The notes under the pieces were generated by a model. It saw nothing but the letters and a program-made list of their open reading frames with translations. It was not told the origin of the DNA and searched no databases. The translations under genes and the position numbers were made by a program. This document shows positions 29,971 to 37,939 of a DNA stretch of 64,000 bases, one piece after another (the first letter of the stretch is position 1; the number at the start of each line of letters is the position of its first letter). Source of the stretch: Verrucomicrobiota bacterium (lineage in GTDB: Bacteria > Verrucomicrobiota > Verrucomicrobiia > Limisphaerales > SXQI01); assembly GCA_033762115.1 (NCBI GenBank), contig JANRLX010000093.1, positions 52,320 through 116,319 of the forward strand, written 5' to 3'.

Positions 29971-31434
29971 ATGAGATATCAGAAAAACAGGAAACTGTTT
30001 TCAGCGCTATTTCTGTGGTTCAGCTTTCTTGGATTATCCGCTGAGGAATACCAGTTCACACGCCTGCCGAACATCGTTCATATAGTTGCTGATGATATCG
30101 GTTACGATGATCTTTCCTGTTACGATTCCAAAGATATCAAGACACCAAATCTGGATCGTGTTGCCAGAGAAGGGATGCGGTTCACCTCTTTTTATGCTCC
30201 AAGTCCTGTGGGCACCGCTTCACGAGCGGCCATGCTGACCGGTTTTTACCCACAGAGAATAGGCTTGTCCCAGACACTTTACCCCTATTCCAAAACCGGA
30301 CTTCATTCCAATGAAGTCACCATCGCTGAATTGCTTAAATCGCGTGGGTACATCACTGCCTGCATCGGCAAATGGCACCTTGGGCATCACCCGGAATTTC
30401 TTCCGACTCAACATGGCTTTGATTACTTTTATGGCATTCCCTATTCCAAAGACCATGGCCCCGAGCGCCTCGGCTGGGAAAAACTGGCGGGAACGGTTGG
30501 ATACCGCAATCCCCCCGTGCCATTGATGCGTGGTACCAACATCGTGGAAAGTCCAGCCATGCTCGCAGCCCTGCCGGAGCGTTTTGCGGAGGAAGCCACC
30601 AAATTCATGCTGGAGAATTTGAACAAGCCGTTTTACCTCCACCTGGCACCTGTGGAGACACACATCCCATGGCTGACCACTCCTGCGTTTCATTACAAAT
30701 CTGCTGCCGGTGTTTTTGGCGATGCTGTCGAATGCGTTGATTGGATGCTCGATGAAATTATGACTGTCCTTGATGAAATGGGCCTCTCGGAAAATACATT
30801 GCTCGTCTTTTCCTCGGACAACGGCCCGCTCGTCCATCGTAATCCGGAATTGGAAAGCATCTACGGTCACGCAGGCCATGTGCGGCAGGATCGGGTCCAT
30901 CTATTGCGCGAAGGCAAGCACCAAGGCTTTTATGAAGGTGGAGTTCGTGTACCCCTGTTGATGCGGTGGCTTGGCAAAATTCCTCCCCAATCAATTTGCA
31001 ACGAAATTGTCGCGGGGTTCGATCTGTTCACTACTTTCGCCACAATGGCAGGCATTAAGCCCTCTGCTGAAATTCGGACGGATGGCAAAAATATCCTTCC
31101 ATTGATGTTTGCCAGGCCAGGAGCACGTTCTCCGCATGAAGCATTTTTTTATTATCAGGAAGATGCTTTGAATGCGGTTCGTTCCGGGCCCTGGAAACTC
31201 ATTTTCGGGGAGCTTGATAACAAGGGGAAAATGATGCACAGCTCCCGCGATAAGTTGTTTCTCTATAATTTGGAAACGGACCTCTCGGAAAGAAATAATC
31301 TTGCAGATCAAAATCCAGAGATTGTGCTTCGTTTGCAAAAAATGGCCGATCAAATGCGAGAAGATCTCGGTGATACCCGCCGCGGTATGCCGGGAAAAAA
31401 CCGACGGAAAGCAGGCACCATCCTGAGTCCATAA
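29971..31434 (+). CDS. Sulfatase-family (S1) protein lacking the formylglycine Cys/Ser
   Basis: PNIVHIVADDIG, TPNLD, GKWHLG, SSDNG, EGGVRVP, LYNLETDLSE; motif reads G-T-A-S-R instead of C/S-x-P/A-x-R. Confidence 0.88.
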   Translation: MRYQKNRKLFSALFLWFSFLGLSAEEYQFTRLPNIVHIVADDIGYDDLSCYDSKDIKTPNLDRVAREGMRFTSFYAPSPVGTASRAAMLTGFYPQRIGLSQTLYPYSKTGLHSNEVTIAELLKSRGYITACIGKWHLGHHPEFLPTQHGFDYFYGIPYSKDHGPERLGWEKLAGTVGYRNPPVPLMRGTNIVESPAMLAALPERFAEEATKFMLENLNKPFYLHLAPVETHIPWLTTPAFHYKSAAGVFGDAVECVDWMLDEIMTVLDEMGLSENTLLVFSSDNGPLVHRNPELESIYGHAGHVRQDRVHLLREGKHQGFYEGGVRVPLLMRWLGKIPPQSICNEIVAGFDLFTTFATMAGIKPSAEIRTDGKNILPLMFARPGARSPHEAFFYYQEDALNAVRSGPWKLIFGELDNKGKMMHSSRDKLFLYNLETDLSERNNLADQNPEIVLRLQKMADQMREDLGDTRRGMPGKNRRKAGTILSP

Positions 31435-31506
31435 ACTCTGAAAGTTATTCCTTTCGGACGAATAAAACGTCGCATCCGACTAAATGGATGTATTCCGGGC
31501 AAATTT

Positions 31507-31579
31507 TCGTCACTTCTCTGTAAAGTGCCTGTGACCCGGAATTCACAGCAAATAACTGGAATTTGGCCCTGATACTGCA
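31507..31579 (+). promoter_or_regulatory. Candidate regulatory elements of the olsBA-like operon: Pho-box-like 11-bp repeats and a sigma54-like site
   Basis: TCGTCAC/CTGTAAA/CTGTGAC at 31507/31518/31529; TGGCCC-N5-CTGCA at 31564-31579. Confidence 0.35.
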
Positions 31580-31621
31580 ACAGTAGAGGCGCGTGTTCTA
31601 TATGATCGATAAACACCTCTT

Positions 31622-32398
31622 ATGAACGCTCAGGCTGATTCCACTTCCATCGGAACGCGTGTTCTTTCCAGAACATCTTCCGCCCAGCTGTATGAATTGC
31701 GCCTCGCCACCACGGCCGAGGAAATTCGTGCTGCCCAAACACTTCGCTTCCTTGTTTTCAATCTTGAATTGAATGAAGGGCTGGAACAATCGTTCGCAAC
31801 CTGTCTGGATGCGGACCCATTCGATGAAATTTGCGACCACCTCATCGTGGTGGAAAAAGGGACCCGCGAAATCGTCGGCACCTATCGACTTCAAACGGGT
31901 AACGCAGCTGTTCGCAACAAAGGGTTTTACAGCGCCAGCGAGTTTGACCTCACACCGTTTAATCCGATTGTTTCTGAAATCGTCGAATTAGGGCGTGCTT
32001 GTGTGCATCGCCAGCATCGGAACCTCCAGGTTCTCAGCCTGCTCTGGGGTGGCATTGCCGCTTACTGCCGTGAGCGCAATTGTCGTTACCTTATTGGTTG
32101 CAGTTCGATTCCCAGCACCGATCCCACCATCGGTGCGCGAGTTTACAGCGATCTTTGCCGGAAGCATCTGGTTGACGGTGCGTTTCAAACCACTCCCCTG
32201 CCGCATCTGGCCTGCCCGCTGGATCAGCTTTCCGCAGCTCCATTCAAGCTGCCAAAGCTTCTCGGAGCTTACCTCTCTCTTGGCGCAAAAATTTGCGGCG
32301 CACCCGCGCTGGACCAGGAATTCAAGACTATTGATTTCCTGACTTTGCTCGATTTGAACCTGCTCTCTCCACGGATGCTGGAACGGTTCTCGATGTAA
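31622..32398 (+). CDS. olsB: GNAT-type N-acyltransferase, OlsB-like (ornithine/amino-lipid synthesis)
   Basis: AQTLRFLVF, DADPFDEICDHL, VGTYRL, GFYSASEFD, ELGRACVH, LIGCSS, YLSLGAKICGAPALDQEF. Confidence 0.8.
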   Translation: MNAQADSTSIGTRVLSRTSSAQLYELRLATTAEEIRAAQTLRFLVFNLELNEGLEQSFATCLDADPFDEICDHLIVVEKGTREIVGTYRLQTGNAAVRNKGFYSASEFDLTPFNPIVSEIVELGRACVHRQHRNLQVLSLLWGGIAAYCRERNCRYLIGCSSIPSTDPTIGARVYSDLCRKHLVDGAFQTTPLPHLACPLDQLSAAPFKLPKLLGAYLSLGAKICGAPALDQEFKTIDFLTLLDLNLLSPRMLERFSM

Positions 32399-32399
32399 T

Positions 32400-33230
32400 A
32401 TGAGTTTTCTTCTTGCAGCACGAAAGCTGACCCGGTTTGCGGGAATCTGCAGGGCCGCCACAAAAGAGGCGCGCCAGTTGGCGGACGCCTCATTGCTTGC
32501 CCGGGCTCAATGGAGCAACCGCTGGGGTCTGGAGATCATGGATTGCCTTGATCTTTCGAGCCGGGTTTATGCAGAACCGCCGAAGCATGGGTTGCTCGTT
32601 TGTAATCATCTGAGCTATCTGGATGTTCTTGTGCTGGCCGCGGCGCAGCCTCTCGTCTTTGTTTGCAAGGAAGAGGTGCGAAGCTGGCCGGTGATCGGGA
32701 CCCTGACACGTGGCGGTGGCACCATCTATATCAATCGCCAACAGAAAAGTGATGTCTCCCGGGTCACTGAAGCTTTTAAAACCGTAATCGAGGCAGGTGT
32801 GGTTTGCTGTGTCTTTCCGGAAGGCACGAGTAGCGATGGAAGTTCAGTCCTTCCGTTTCGCTCCTCCCTGTTCCAATCCGCCGTTGAGCATGACTGGCCA
32901 GTGACTCCAGCCTGGCTGGGATACAAAATGCCTGAAGGATCTGTTGAACAGGACGTTTGCTACTGGGGCGATATGACTTTTGGGCCTCACTTTTTGAAGC
33001 TTCTAAGCCGCTCCCGAATTTCCGCCACTCTTGCTTATGGACAGCCGCTGCAAGGAATTGGCTGCCGAAAAAAGCTTTCCCTCCTTTCACGCAACCAGGT
33101 GATCGGGCTTAAAGATCAATATGCCGGAGCAGCAATTTCCACTGAAAATTCAATGTCAGAAACCCAATTGGAGTCGCTCTCCACATGGCCGCAGGGCGCC
33201 TTTTTATCTCAAATTGATAAAACAGCCTGA
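32400..33230 (+). CDS. PlsC-family acyltransferase, OlsA-like
   Basis: NHLSYLD (HX4D), TIYINR, VFPEGTSSDG, VLPFRSSLF; directly follows the OlsB-like gene. Confidence 0.82.
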   Translation: MSFLLAARKLTRFAGICRAATKEARQLADASLLARAQWSNRWGLEIMDCLDLSSRVYAEPPKHGLLVCNHLSYLDVLVLAAAQPLVFVCKEEVRSWPVIGTLTRGGGTIYINRQQKSDVSRVTEAFKTVIEAGVVCCVFPEGTSSDGSSVLPFRSSLFQSAVEHDWPVTPAWLGYKMPEGSVEQDVCYWGDMTFGPHFLKLLSRSRISATLAYGQPLQGIGCRKKLSLLSRNQVIGLKDQYAGAAISTENSMSETQLESLSTWPQGAFLSQIDKTA

Positions 33231-33233
33231 TCA

Positions 33234-33263
33234 TTGACACAGGGGATTATGCCGTGCTACCTT
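33234..33263 (+). promoter_or_regulatory. Candidate promoter of the HNH gene
   Basis: TTGACA-18 nt-TACCTT with extended TGn. Confidence 0.6.
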
Positions 33264-33279
33264 CCGGCGCGTTCGCTCT

Positions 33280-33906
33280 ATGAACTCGTTTCTTAACCAA
33301 CAGGTTCTAGTGCTCAATCGCTTATGGCAGGCGGTTAATGTCTGTTCTGCCCGGCGGGCTCTTACTCTTTTGTTTGAAGGCCATGCCCATGTTGTCATGG
33401 GTGCAAATGATGGCAGCTTTCAGACCTACAGCTTCTCCCAATGGAAAGACTTTTCGGAGGCGGAACCGCATCCTGAAAGTATCCATACCATTGCCTTTCG
33501 CATTCGCGTTCCACGAGTCATACTTCTCGCGTTATTTGACCGGATGCCCAAGAAGGAAGTCAAATTTACACGGCACAATATTTTCGAGCGGGACCAGAAT
33601 ACCTGCCAATATTGCGGGAAGGTGTTTGACCGAAAAGATTTGAATCTGGACCACGTCATCCCTCGTGACCGGGGTGGCCCAACGACCTGGGAGAACATCG
33701 TTTGCTCCTGCATCAAGTGTAACACCAGGAAGGCAAACCGCACTCCGCCTGAAGCTGGCTTGCATTTGATTCGAAAACCGAAACGTCCGAAGTGGAGGCC
33801 TTTCGTTCAGGTCAATCTGGGCCTGCATTACCACGATAGCTGGAAGCATTTTCTCGATCTGGCCTATTGGAATGTCGAGTTGGGTGAAGAACTCAACACG
33901 GTTTAA
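33280..33906 (+). CDS. HNH endonuclease family protein
   Basis: VLVLN, RHNIFERDQNTCQYCG, LDHVIPRDRGGPTTWENIVCSCIKCNTRK. Confidence 0.92.
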   Translation: MNSFLNQQVLVLNRLWQAVNVCSARRALTLLFEGHAHVVMGANDGSFQTYSFSQWKDFSEAEPHPESIHTIAFRIRVPRVILLALFDRMPKKEVKFTRHNIFERDQNTCQYCGKVFDRKDLNLDHVIPRDRGGPTTWENIVCSCIKCNTRKANRTPPEAGLHLIRKPKRPKWRPFVQVNLGLHYHDSWKHFLDLAYWNVELGEELNTV

Positions 33907-34704
33907 TTACTCCCCTGCGGTTTTTGCTTGTTCCGTTTTTGCCTTCAGCATGGGGCGCAGCTTTTCCAAAACAAGTTGCGCTCGCCTGCCGTTTCCAGGG
34001 TTGGAAAAATCCGCTTCCCGAATCGAAGTCGATGGCTGCACTGCGATTTTTTCCAATGCCGCGAAAATTGTTTCTGCATCGCTGAACGAAACCTCTGCCG
34101 AGAGTTGATCCTCCTGGACAATTCTCATGGATTTACGAGCAAACTCCAGCATCACAGCGCAAGGTTCCAGACAGGGAATGTTGCTTTTCTCCTCGGCTGG
34201 GTCAACGGGCAGGTTTGGTACTGTCCAAAGTCGTTGCTTGATGCAGAATCGCAGGTGGCAACAAGCCCGTACGCTTGCAGCAGCCTGTTCATCACTGAGC
34301 ATCGTGGTGATCCGGTACATCCCGGTCTGGCGGGCAGTAAAGGGACGATAATCTGTGGGCTTGCCTCGATTTGTTAGGAGTGCATGCCGGTCTGCCAAGG
34401 CTCCAGGATATAAAATATTTAGCGCGATTTCCAACGCAGGGAGAGTGGACGTTAAATGCTTCCAACCCTTCCTCAGGTTAGGAGCAGACTTAAGCGGGCG
34501 GAACTGTCCACTGGCAGTGAAGTCAGCGATTTTTCGCAACTCCTTTAAATCCGCCTCACTTAAACTATTTGGATCTTCCGTTAGATCCTCCTGATGCCGA
34601 AGTTCAAAACGATTCCCTTCGCCCAGAAAAATAACAACCTGTCCCAGCCGTATTGAACCAGTGTTGTTCTCCAGAAAAAGCTCAATGGGTGTGATTTCAG
34701 GCAT
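33907..34704 (-). CDS. DR2241-family protein (putative Fe-S binding)
   Basis: GQFRPLKSAPNLRKGW, LYPG, RQTGMY, CC...FCIKQRLW, IPCLEPC. Confidence 0.7.
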   Translation of the reverse strand: MPEITPIELFLENNTGSIRLGQVVIFLGEGNRFELRHQEDLTEDPNSLSEADLKELRKIADFTASGQFRPLKSAPNLRKGWKHLTSTLPALEIALNILYPGALADRHALLTNRGKPTDYRPFTARQTGMYRITTMLSDEQAAASVRACCHLRFCIKQRLWTVPNLPVDPAEEKSNIPCLEPCAVMLEFARKSMRIVQEDQLSAEVSFSDAETIFAALEKIAVQPSTSIREADFSNPGNGRRAQLVLEKLRPMLKAKTEQAKTAGE

Positions 34705-34706
34705 GA

Positions 34707-35975
34707 TTATTTTCGAACCCAACGTTTCGCTTTCATTTCCGAGCGTGGAAGAGTCCCTGCTGGGACGATCACAACAGGCACTCTCAAGCTGAAGGCACTT
34801 TGCAATGCCAATTCCAGATCATGTGCCAGAGTGTTGGGCGCTTCGGCTACTGCTTCAATCTCCATCCTTAAATCTGTCATTCCTGAAACCTGTTGTAGGA
34901 TCACTTGATATTCCCGCACCCCTCTATGGCGCAGGATCAAATCCTCGATTGCTGAAGGATAAAGGTTCACTCCGCGAACAATCACCATATCATCGATTCG
35001 CCCAAGGATCCCGCCAACCAATCTTGTTTCACAACTTCCGCAAAGACACGGTTGAATGGCTTTTTCTGCCCGCACGAGATCACCCGTCCGATAACGAATT
35101 GCAGGCGATCCCAATCTTGTAAGGGTGGTCAGGATCAATTCCCCAGCTTCACCGACGGCTGCCAATTTTGAACTACCCGGAATGCAAACTTCTGCCAGAT
35201 AAGCATCATCAATGACATGCAACGTTCCCGGAGTTTTGGGGCATTCATACGTGACCGGGCCGACTTCTGTCATCCCATGATGATCGAAAATACGAGCCCC
35301 GTTCCATAACCCGCTTAATTGTTCCCGAGTGGCTGGAATACTGCCTCCCGGCTCGCCCGCCACCATGATCAACCGAATTTTGCTGGCACAAAGGTCAATT
35401 TTCTCCCTGGCTGCCACTTCAGCCAATCGCAATGCATAGGTCGGGGTGCAGCACAGTGCAGTCACTTCATTATCCAGCAGCATCCTTAACCGGGCCACGC
35501 TGCTCAATCCACCTGCGGGTAAACACAAAGCCCCGATTCGTTGCCCGGCTTCAAATGCCAGCCAAAAACCCAGAAACGGCCCAAACGAAAAAGCAAAAAG
35601 AACCCGGTCTGAGCTACTAACTCCTGCTGCCTGGAATACTCTGGTCCAGCTCTCCACCATGGAATTCCAGCTTTCGTTTGTGTCCAGCCAACGCAGCGGT
35701 GTTCCTGTGGTGCCGCTCGTTTGGTGAAATCGGGTAAACCGCTCCAATGGCTCGAGATGGTTGCTGCCATAGGGAGGGAAGTGAGACTGGTCAGCAACAA
35801 ACTCAGATTTGAGAGTGAATGGGCAACGATCTTGAAAGTCCTCCAAAGTCGTTGATTCAGCCAATGCCAGCCCGGAAAACTTTCGACCGTAAAAGCTCTG
35901 TTCAGGAATGCGCCCAAGCAATGTGGATAGGCGCATCCACTGTGCTTCATCCAGTGCAGTGCGGGAGGGCGCCAC
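34707..35975 (-). CDS. Phenylacetate--CoA ligase (PaaK)-like adenylate-forming enzyme
   Basis: QTSGTTG, CTPTYAL, AGEPG, HGMTE, RYRTGD, GRIDDMVIVRGVNLYPSAIE. Confidence 0.88.
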   Translation of the reverse strand: MAPSRTALDEAQWMRLSTLLGRIPEQSFYGRKFSGLALAESTTLEDFQDRCPFTLKSEFVADQSHFPPYGSNHLEPLERFTRFHQTSGTTGTPLRWLDTNESWNSMVESWTRVFQAAGVSSSDRVLFAFSFGPFLGFWLAFEAGQRIGALCLPAGGLSSVARLRMLLDNEVTALCCTPTYALRLAEVAAREKIDLCASKIRLIMVAGEPGGSIPATREQLSGLWNGARIFDHHGMTEVGPVTYECPKTPGTLHVIDDAYLAEVCIPGSSKLAAVGEAGELILTTLTRLGSPAIRYRTGDLVRAEKAIQPCLCGSCETRLVGGILGRIDDMVIVRGVNLYPSAIEDLILRHRGVREYQVILQQVSGMTDLRMEIEAVAEAPNTLAHDLELALQSAFSLRVPVVIVPAGTLPRSEMKAKRWVRK

Positions 35976-36524
35976 TTAACGGTTGAGTTGTGAGATCTGT
36001 GCTGCGGGGGTGGGTGGTTTTGCAGGAGGATTTGGCTTGTAATAAGTCACAAGGCACCCTCCCACAGCCGCCAGCAGGATGCCGAGGTAAAATTGCGGTT
36101 TGATCCCTCCCCAACCTCCGGCAGGTGGGTGCAGAAGAATCGCTGTGATCGCATTCACAATCGGAGCACCGGCAAAAACGATCGACATCACCACCGCCGG
36201 AGTGCCCTTTGCACCGAACGCCAGCAATACTCCAAATGCTCCCAAAGCGCCAACAATCCCGGCAATTAACGACCAGCTCATTCCACGTACCGGATAATTC
36301 CATGAGGCGCCCTTGGCCATCAATAATGCCAGCGGCGCAAGCACCGCGGTCAGGAAGTAGGCGAGCCCCACGAACAGGAACGCTTTGTAACGCCCGTTGA
36401 CCGGATCCCCCATCGCTATTTGTCCAGTGTGCAGGAACACTCCGTAAACACCCCAGGAAACAACGGTTAATAACGAAAACAGAAACCAGGTCATCCCCGG
36501 TGACGATGAATTTTCAGCACCCAT
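35976..36524 (-). CDS. Small multi-pass membrane protein, DMT/EamA-like
   Basis: Five hydrophobic segments, SWGVYG, APIVNA; start moved to ATG 36524 behind a TGC-TAATGT -10 element. Confidence 0.6.
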   Translation of the reverse strand: MGAENSSSPGMTWFLFSLLTVVSWGVYGVFLHTGQIAMGDPVNGRYKAFLFVGLAYFLTAVLAPLALLMAKGASWNYPVRGMSWSLIAGIVGALGAFGVLLAFGAKGTPAVVMSIVFAGAPIVNAITAILLHPPAGGWGGIKPQFYLGILLAAVGGCLVTYYKPNPPAKPPTPAAQISQLNR

Positions 36525-36574
36525 ATTCAACGCACATTAGCAAAGTGATACGGGAGAGCAAACGGACATTCCTT

Positions 36575-37225
36575 TCAGATCAATTGTCCCAGACGACGCA
36601 AGGCGAGCGACACCTCCTCGGCCCACCAGCTTAGGGCAGTTAAAAGACCCATCCCACGCGTGATCAATGGCAGTCCGAGGATTAAGACAAGCAGGTTCCC
36701 AAGAAAGATTGTGACCGCCGAAAATAAAATCCCGTTCTCCGTCACATCACTTTGCTCCATCGATAATACATGGACTGTAAAAGTCAGATGAAAAGCGTAG
36801 GCTGCGCCAAGCAGTAGATGAAACCAAAACGCATAGGGGGTTATTGGCCAGATCAGGCTGCCGATCAAAAATAATAAAAAAAGCAGAACCGCATAGATGG
36901 GAAAGAAATAAGGAGCCAGCGTGATCAGGAAATTGCTTTTCGTCACGATGACATGGCCCCCCTTTGATGTGGCCTTGAATTTTTTGACGCGCCCTCCGAA
37001 ACACCAGGTCCACACTGCATGTGTCAGTTCATGGCCAAACACGTACACCCACATCGGTTTGGGCAGGAGGAGGTAAATGACAACCCAGGAGGCTGCTCCC
37101 GCCAACAGGCAGGCCCAGATTGTGTCTGCTCGCCCGGTTGCGGCAATCACTCGAACTAATGTCCTTAGCCCAGCCCAACAAACCGGCAGCAGTAATAAGC
37201 CAAAGATAAATTTGATCCACTTCAC
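36575..37225 (-). CDS. Membrane zinc metalloprotease-like protein (M50-related)
   Basis: HELTH (HExxH) after two TMs, GGHV, ITLAPYF, QSD. Confidence 0.65.
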   Translation of the reverse strand: MKWIKFIFGLLLLPVCWAGLRTLVRVIAATGRADTIWACLLAGAASWVVIYLLLPKPMWVYVFGHELTHAVWTWCFGGRVKKFKATSKGGHVIVTKSNFLITLAPYFFPIYAVLLFLLFLIGSLIWPITPYAFWFHLLLGAAYAFHLTFTVHVLSMEQSDVTENGILFSAVTIFLGNLLVLILGLPLITRGMGLLTALSWWAEEVSLALRRLGQLI

Positions 37226-37311
37226 TGGTGCGGCATCTCATAGAGGCGCACGAATTCCGTGGCAAGGGATTTGAAGGAAATCAAAGATATAGCTGGCAGA
37301 CCTCGAACCGC

Positions 37312-37785
37312 TCAGCTCTTATTTGAACTTTCCGGCTTTAAACTTTGAGAGGATTGCTTTTGCTTCGAAAGATCTGGCATCAATTCAATCGACATGACCA
37401 GTTGCGTCAACTCTTCCAAGTTCCCGTGCTTGACCAGATAAGCGTTGGCTCCGAGGTCAAACGCCTGCTGGATCAACTTTAGTTGTGTCGGCCTGACCAT
37501 TGAAATCACGGGTATGTGCGAAAAATTCGACTGTTGCCGAATCCAGCCAAGAACACTCAGGCCGCTTCCATCCGGTAATCCCAGATCAAGAACAATAAGA
37601 CCGGGAATTGGATAAATGCTTCGATTGCCATAAATTCCCACTCCCTTCAAATAAAGGATGGCTTCGTTCCCGTACCGTGCCACTTTCATGGAGCTGAGAA
37701 TCTCCGCCTTCCGGAAAGCCTGCTCTATCTGATAGATGCTTTCGGCACTATTCTCGATCAGAAAGATGATGCTGTCCGGCTTCAT
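37312..37785 (-). CDS. Single-domain response regulator (atypical receiver)
   Basis: EAILYLKG, LIVLDLGLPDGSG, AFDLGANAYLVK; acidic pocket reads EN. Confidence 0.85.
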   Translation of the reverse strand: MKPDSIIFLIENSAESIYQIEQAFRKAEILSSMKVARYGNEAILYLKGVGIYGNRSIYPIPGLIVLDLGLPDGSGLSVLGWIRQQSNFSHIPVISMVRPTQLKLIQQAFDLGANAYLVKHGNLEELTQLVMSIELMPDLSKQKQSSQSLKPESSNKS

Positions 37786-37939
37786 TTTTACTCACCCGGC
37801 GGCCTGTCCTCATTGTTTCCCTGTTTCACGCAGTAAGAATAAACCACTTTTTGAACAAAGTTGCCATATAGACTTTCCCCTAATCAGGACTGATACATAA
37901 GCCGTAAAATAGAAGGGCGTTTTAACCCGGATGTCTGAA

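Noticed and set aside
33280..33906. HNH gene as part of a defence or mobile system
   Set aside because: Short stand-alone HNH with no methylase, ATPase or intron context; composition like its neighbours.
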